From assembly GCA_964500675.1 (NCBI GenBank), contig CAZCNY010000007.1, forward strand, positions 152,456 through 216,455: a stretch of 64,000 bases of DNA, in the 5' to 3' direction. Both the position numbers and the translations under genes were made by a program. This DNA comes from an uncultured Verrucomicrobiaceae bacterium (GTDB lineage Bacteria; Pseudomonadota; Gammaproteobacteria; Pseudomonadales; CAMLJR01). Shown one piece after another: positions 62,961-64,000 of this stretch (within the stretch, counting starts at the first letter, position 1; each line of letters begins with the position of its first letter). The notes beneath the pieces are model-generated. The model had not been told where the DNA came from, ran no database searches, and saw only the letters and a list, made by a program, of their open reading frames with translations.

Positions 62961-63622
62961 ATGTCGCCTGCATACCAGCGGTCGCGCCACACATCCATCA
63001 CGCGCGCCGGGTACCACAATTTGCCGTAGCTGCCGTTGTAACGCGCGAGCGCCTGCATCCAATTGCCGTTTTCTTTCAGCATGTAGTATTTGAGAATTTG
63101 GCAGCCGTACCAGAGATTCGTTTCGGGGTTGGTCAGGTTGTCGTCGGGATGACCGATGTCTCTTTTCCAGAATGGCATGACTTGCATGAGTCCCTGTGCG
63201 CCGACGCGTGAGACGGCGAAGCGGTCGAACCGGCTTTCGACTTGAATCAGCGCCAGCACGAGATCGGGCTTTAATTGCGCGCGGCGCGCCTCGCGATGAA
63301 CCGCGCGCAATAGATCAAGCCGTTCTTCGGGATTGGGTATGAACGGCGCGAGCCGCGTCGACATATCGAGCAGCCACACTTCGGCATCGAAACGATCGGC
63401 AAAACTATCCGATTTTTTGATGGCATCCTTGAGAAATTCGCGCATCTCCGCGCGCTCCTTTTCATCGCGCGGCATGCCGCTGGCGTGAGCATGCATGGCG
63501 CTAAGTAAAAGTGTTAGAGTGAGTGCAATACACTTGATGCAGGCGAGGGTTTTGAATCCCCTCTCCCTGCGGGCCCTAAAGGGTCTAAAGGAGAGGGGAG
63601 GAATCTTAGCGCAATGAAACAT
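62957..63622 (-). CDS. Lytic transglycosylase (SLT domain)
   Basis: LIQVESRFD (catalytic Glu), [17 protein letters not shown]; start uncertain, ATG at 63622 overlaps the end of proS. Confidence 0.9.
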   Translation of the reverse strand: MFHCAKIPPLSFRPFRARRERGFKTLACIKCIALTLTLLLSAMHAHASGMPRDEKERAEMREFLKDAIKKSDSFADRFDAEVWLLDMSTRLAPFIPNPEERLDLLRAVHREARRAQLKPDLVLALIQVESRFDRFAVSRVGAQGLMQVMPFWKRDIGHPDDNLTNPETNLWYGCQILKYYMLKENGNWMQALARYNGSYGKLWYPARVMDVWRDRWYAGDM

Positions 63623-64000
63623 TCTGCTGTAAAAAGGCATCGATCTCGGTTAATGCAATTTCGCGCGCGGCGGATTCGCGGCGGTGTTTGTATTCGATCT
63701 TGTTCTCCGCAAGGCTGCGCTCGCCGATAACGAAACGGTGCGGAATACCGATCAGGTCGATATCCGCGAATTTCACGCCCGGGCGTTCGCTGCGATCGTC
63801 CAGTAACACAGCATAGCCCATGCGCTGTAAACGCTCGTACAGTTGTTCCGATTGCGCGCGCACGGTTTCCGATTTTTGCGCATTGAGCGGCACGATGGCG
63901 ATTTGGAATGGCGCGATCGCATCGGGCCAAATGATGCCGCTATCGTCGTGATTTTGCTCGATGGCGGCGGCGACCACGCGGCTCACACCGATGCCGTAGC
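63606..64000 (-). CDS. proS: Prolyl-tRNA synthetase, 3' part (5' end outside the window)
   Basis: [51 protein letters not shown]. Confidence 0.97.
   Translation of the reverse strand, partial: YGIGVSRVVAAAIEQNHDDSGIIWPDAIAPFQIAIVPLNAQKSETVRAQSEQLYERLQRMGYAVLLDDRSERPGVKFADIDLIGIPHRFVIGERSLAENKIEYKHRRESAAREIALTEIDAFLQQNVSLR

Overview
64 kb of gammaproteobacterial chromosome (gene content and style suggest a Cellvibrionales/Spongiibacteraceae-like organism, which is inference only). All assignments come from motif recognition and reading the sequence; no searches were run. Left to right: (1) a MASE1-CHASE-PAS-GGDEF diguanylate cyclase running off the left edge; (2) a phosphoesterase plus BthA/MauG-like diheme peroxidase pair; (3) an IclR regulator divergent from a sulfotransferase; (4) a scar in which a decayed IS5 transposase is fused directly to an internally deleted dapB 3' fragment; (5) about 14.6 kb with an F7/Che2-type chemosensory operon (McpA-like, STAS, cheY, cheA, cheW, Aer2-like, cheR, cheD, cheB), a partner-switch module, an HD-GYP protein and corA, all lying between that dapB scar and carA; (6) core blocks carAB-greA-yhbY-(no rlmE)-ftsH-folP-glmM-tpiA-secG-tRNA-Leu and rplU-rpmA-obgE-proB-elyC-rpsT; (7) dgkA, a kinase/REC-Hpt pair, an RND-MFP pair and msrA; (8) an unexplained operon of a 62-aa lipoprotein and a 771-aa secreted 14-Cys protein with its own 18-bp palindrome and terminator; (9) an EstA-type autotransporter, rsmE, rimO, a lipoprotein-signal hydratase, DUF2244, rluA, a bacterial cereblon (CULT) protein, a chalcone-isomerase-like/TonB fusion, a cNMP-binding protein, a receiver protein, a lytic transglycosylase and the 3' end of proS. 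Best leads: the lipoprotein/Cys-rich pair, a candidate arginine-sensing leader upstream of carA, the CULT-rluA pairing and the IS5-dapB chimera. No CRISPR, rRNA, prophage or intact mobile element was seen.
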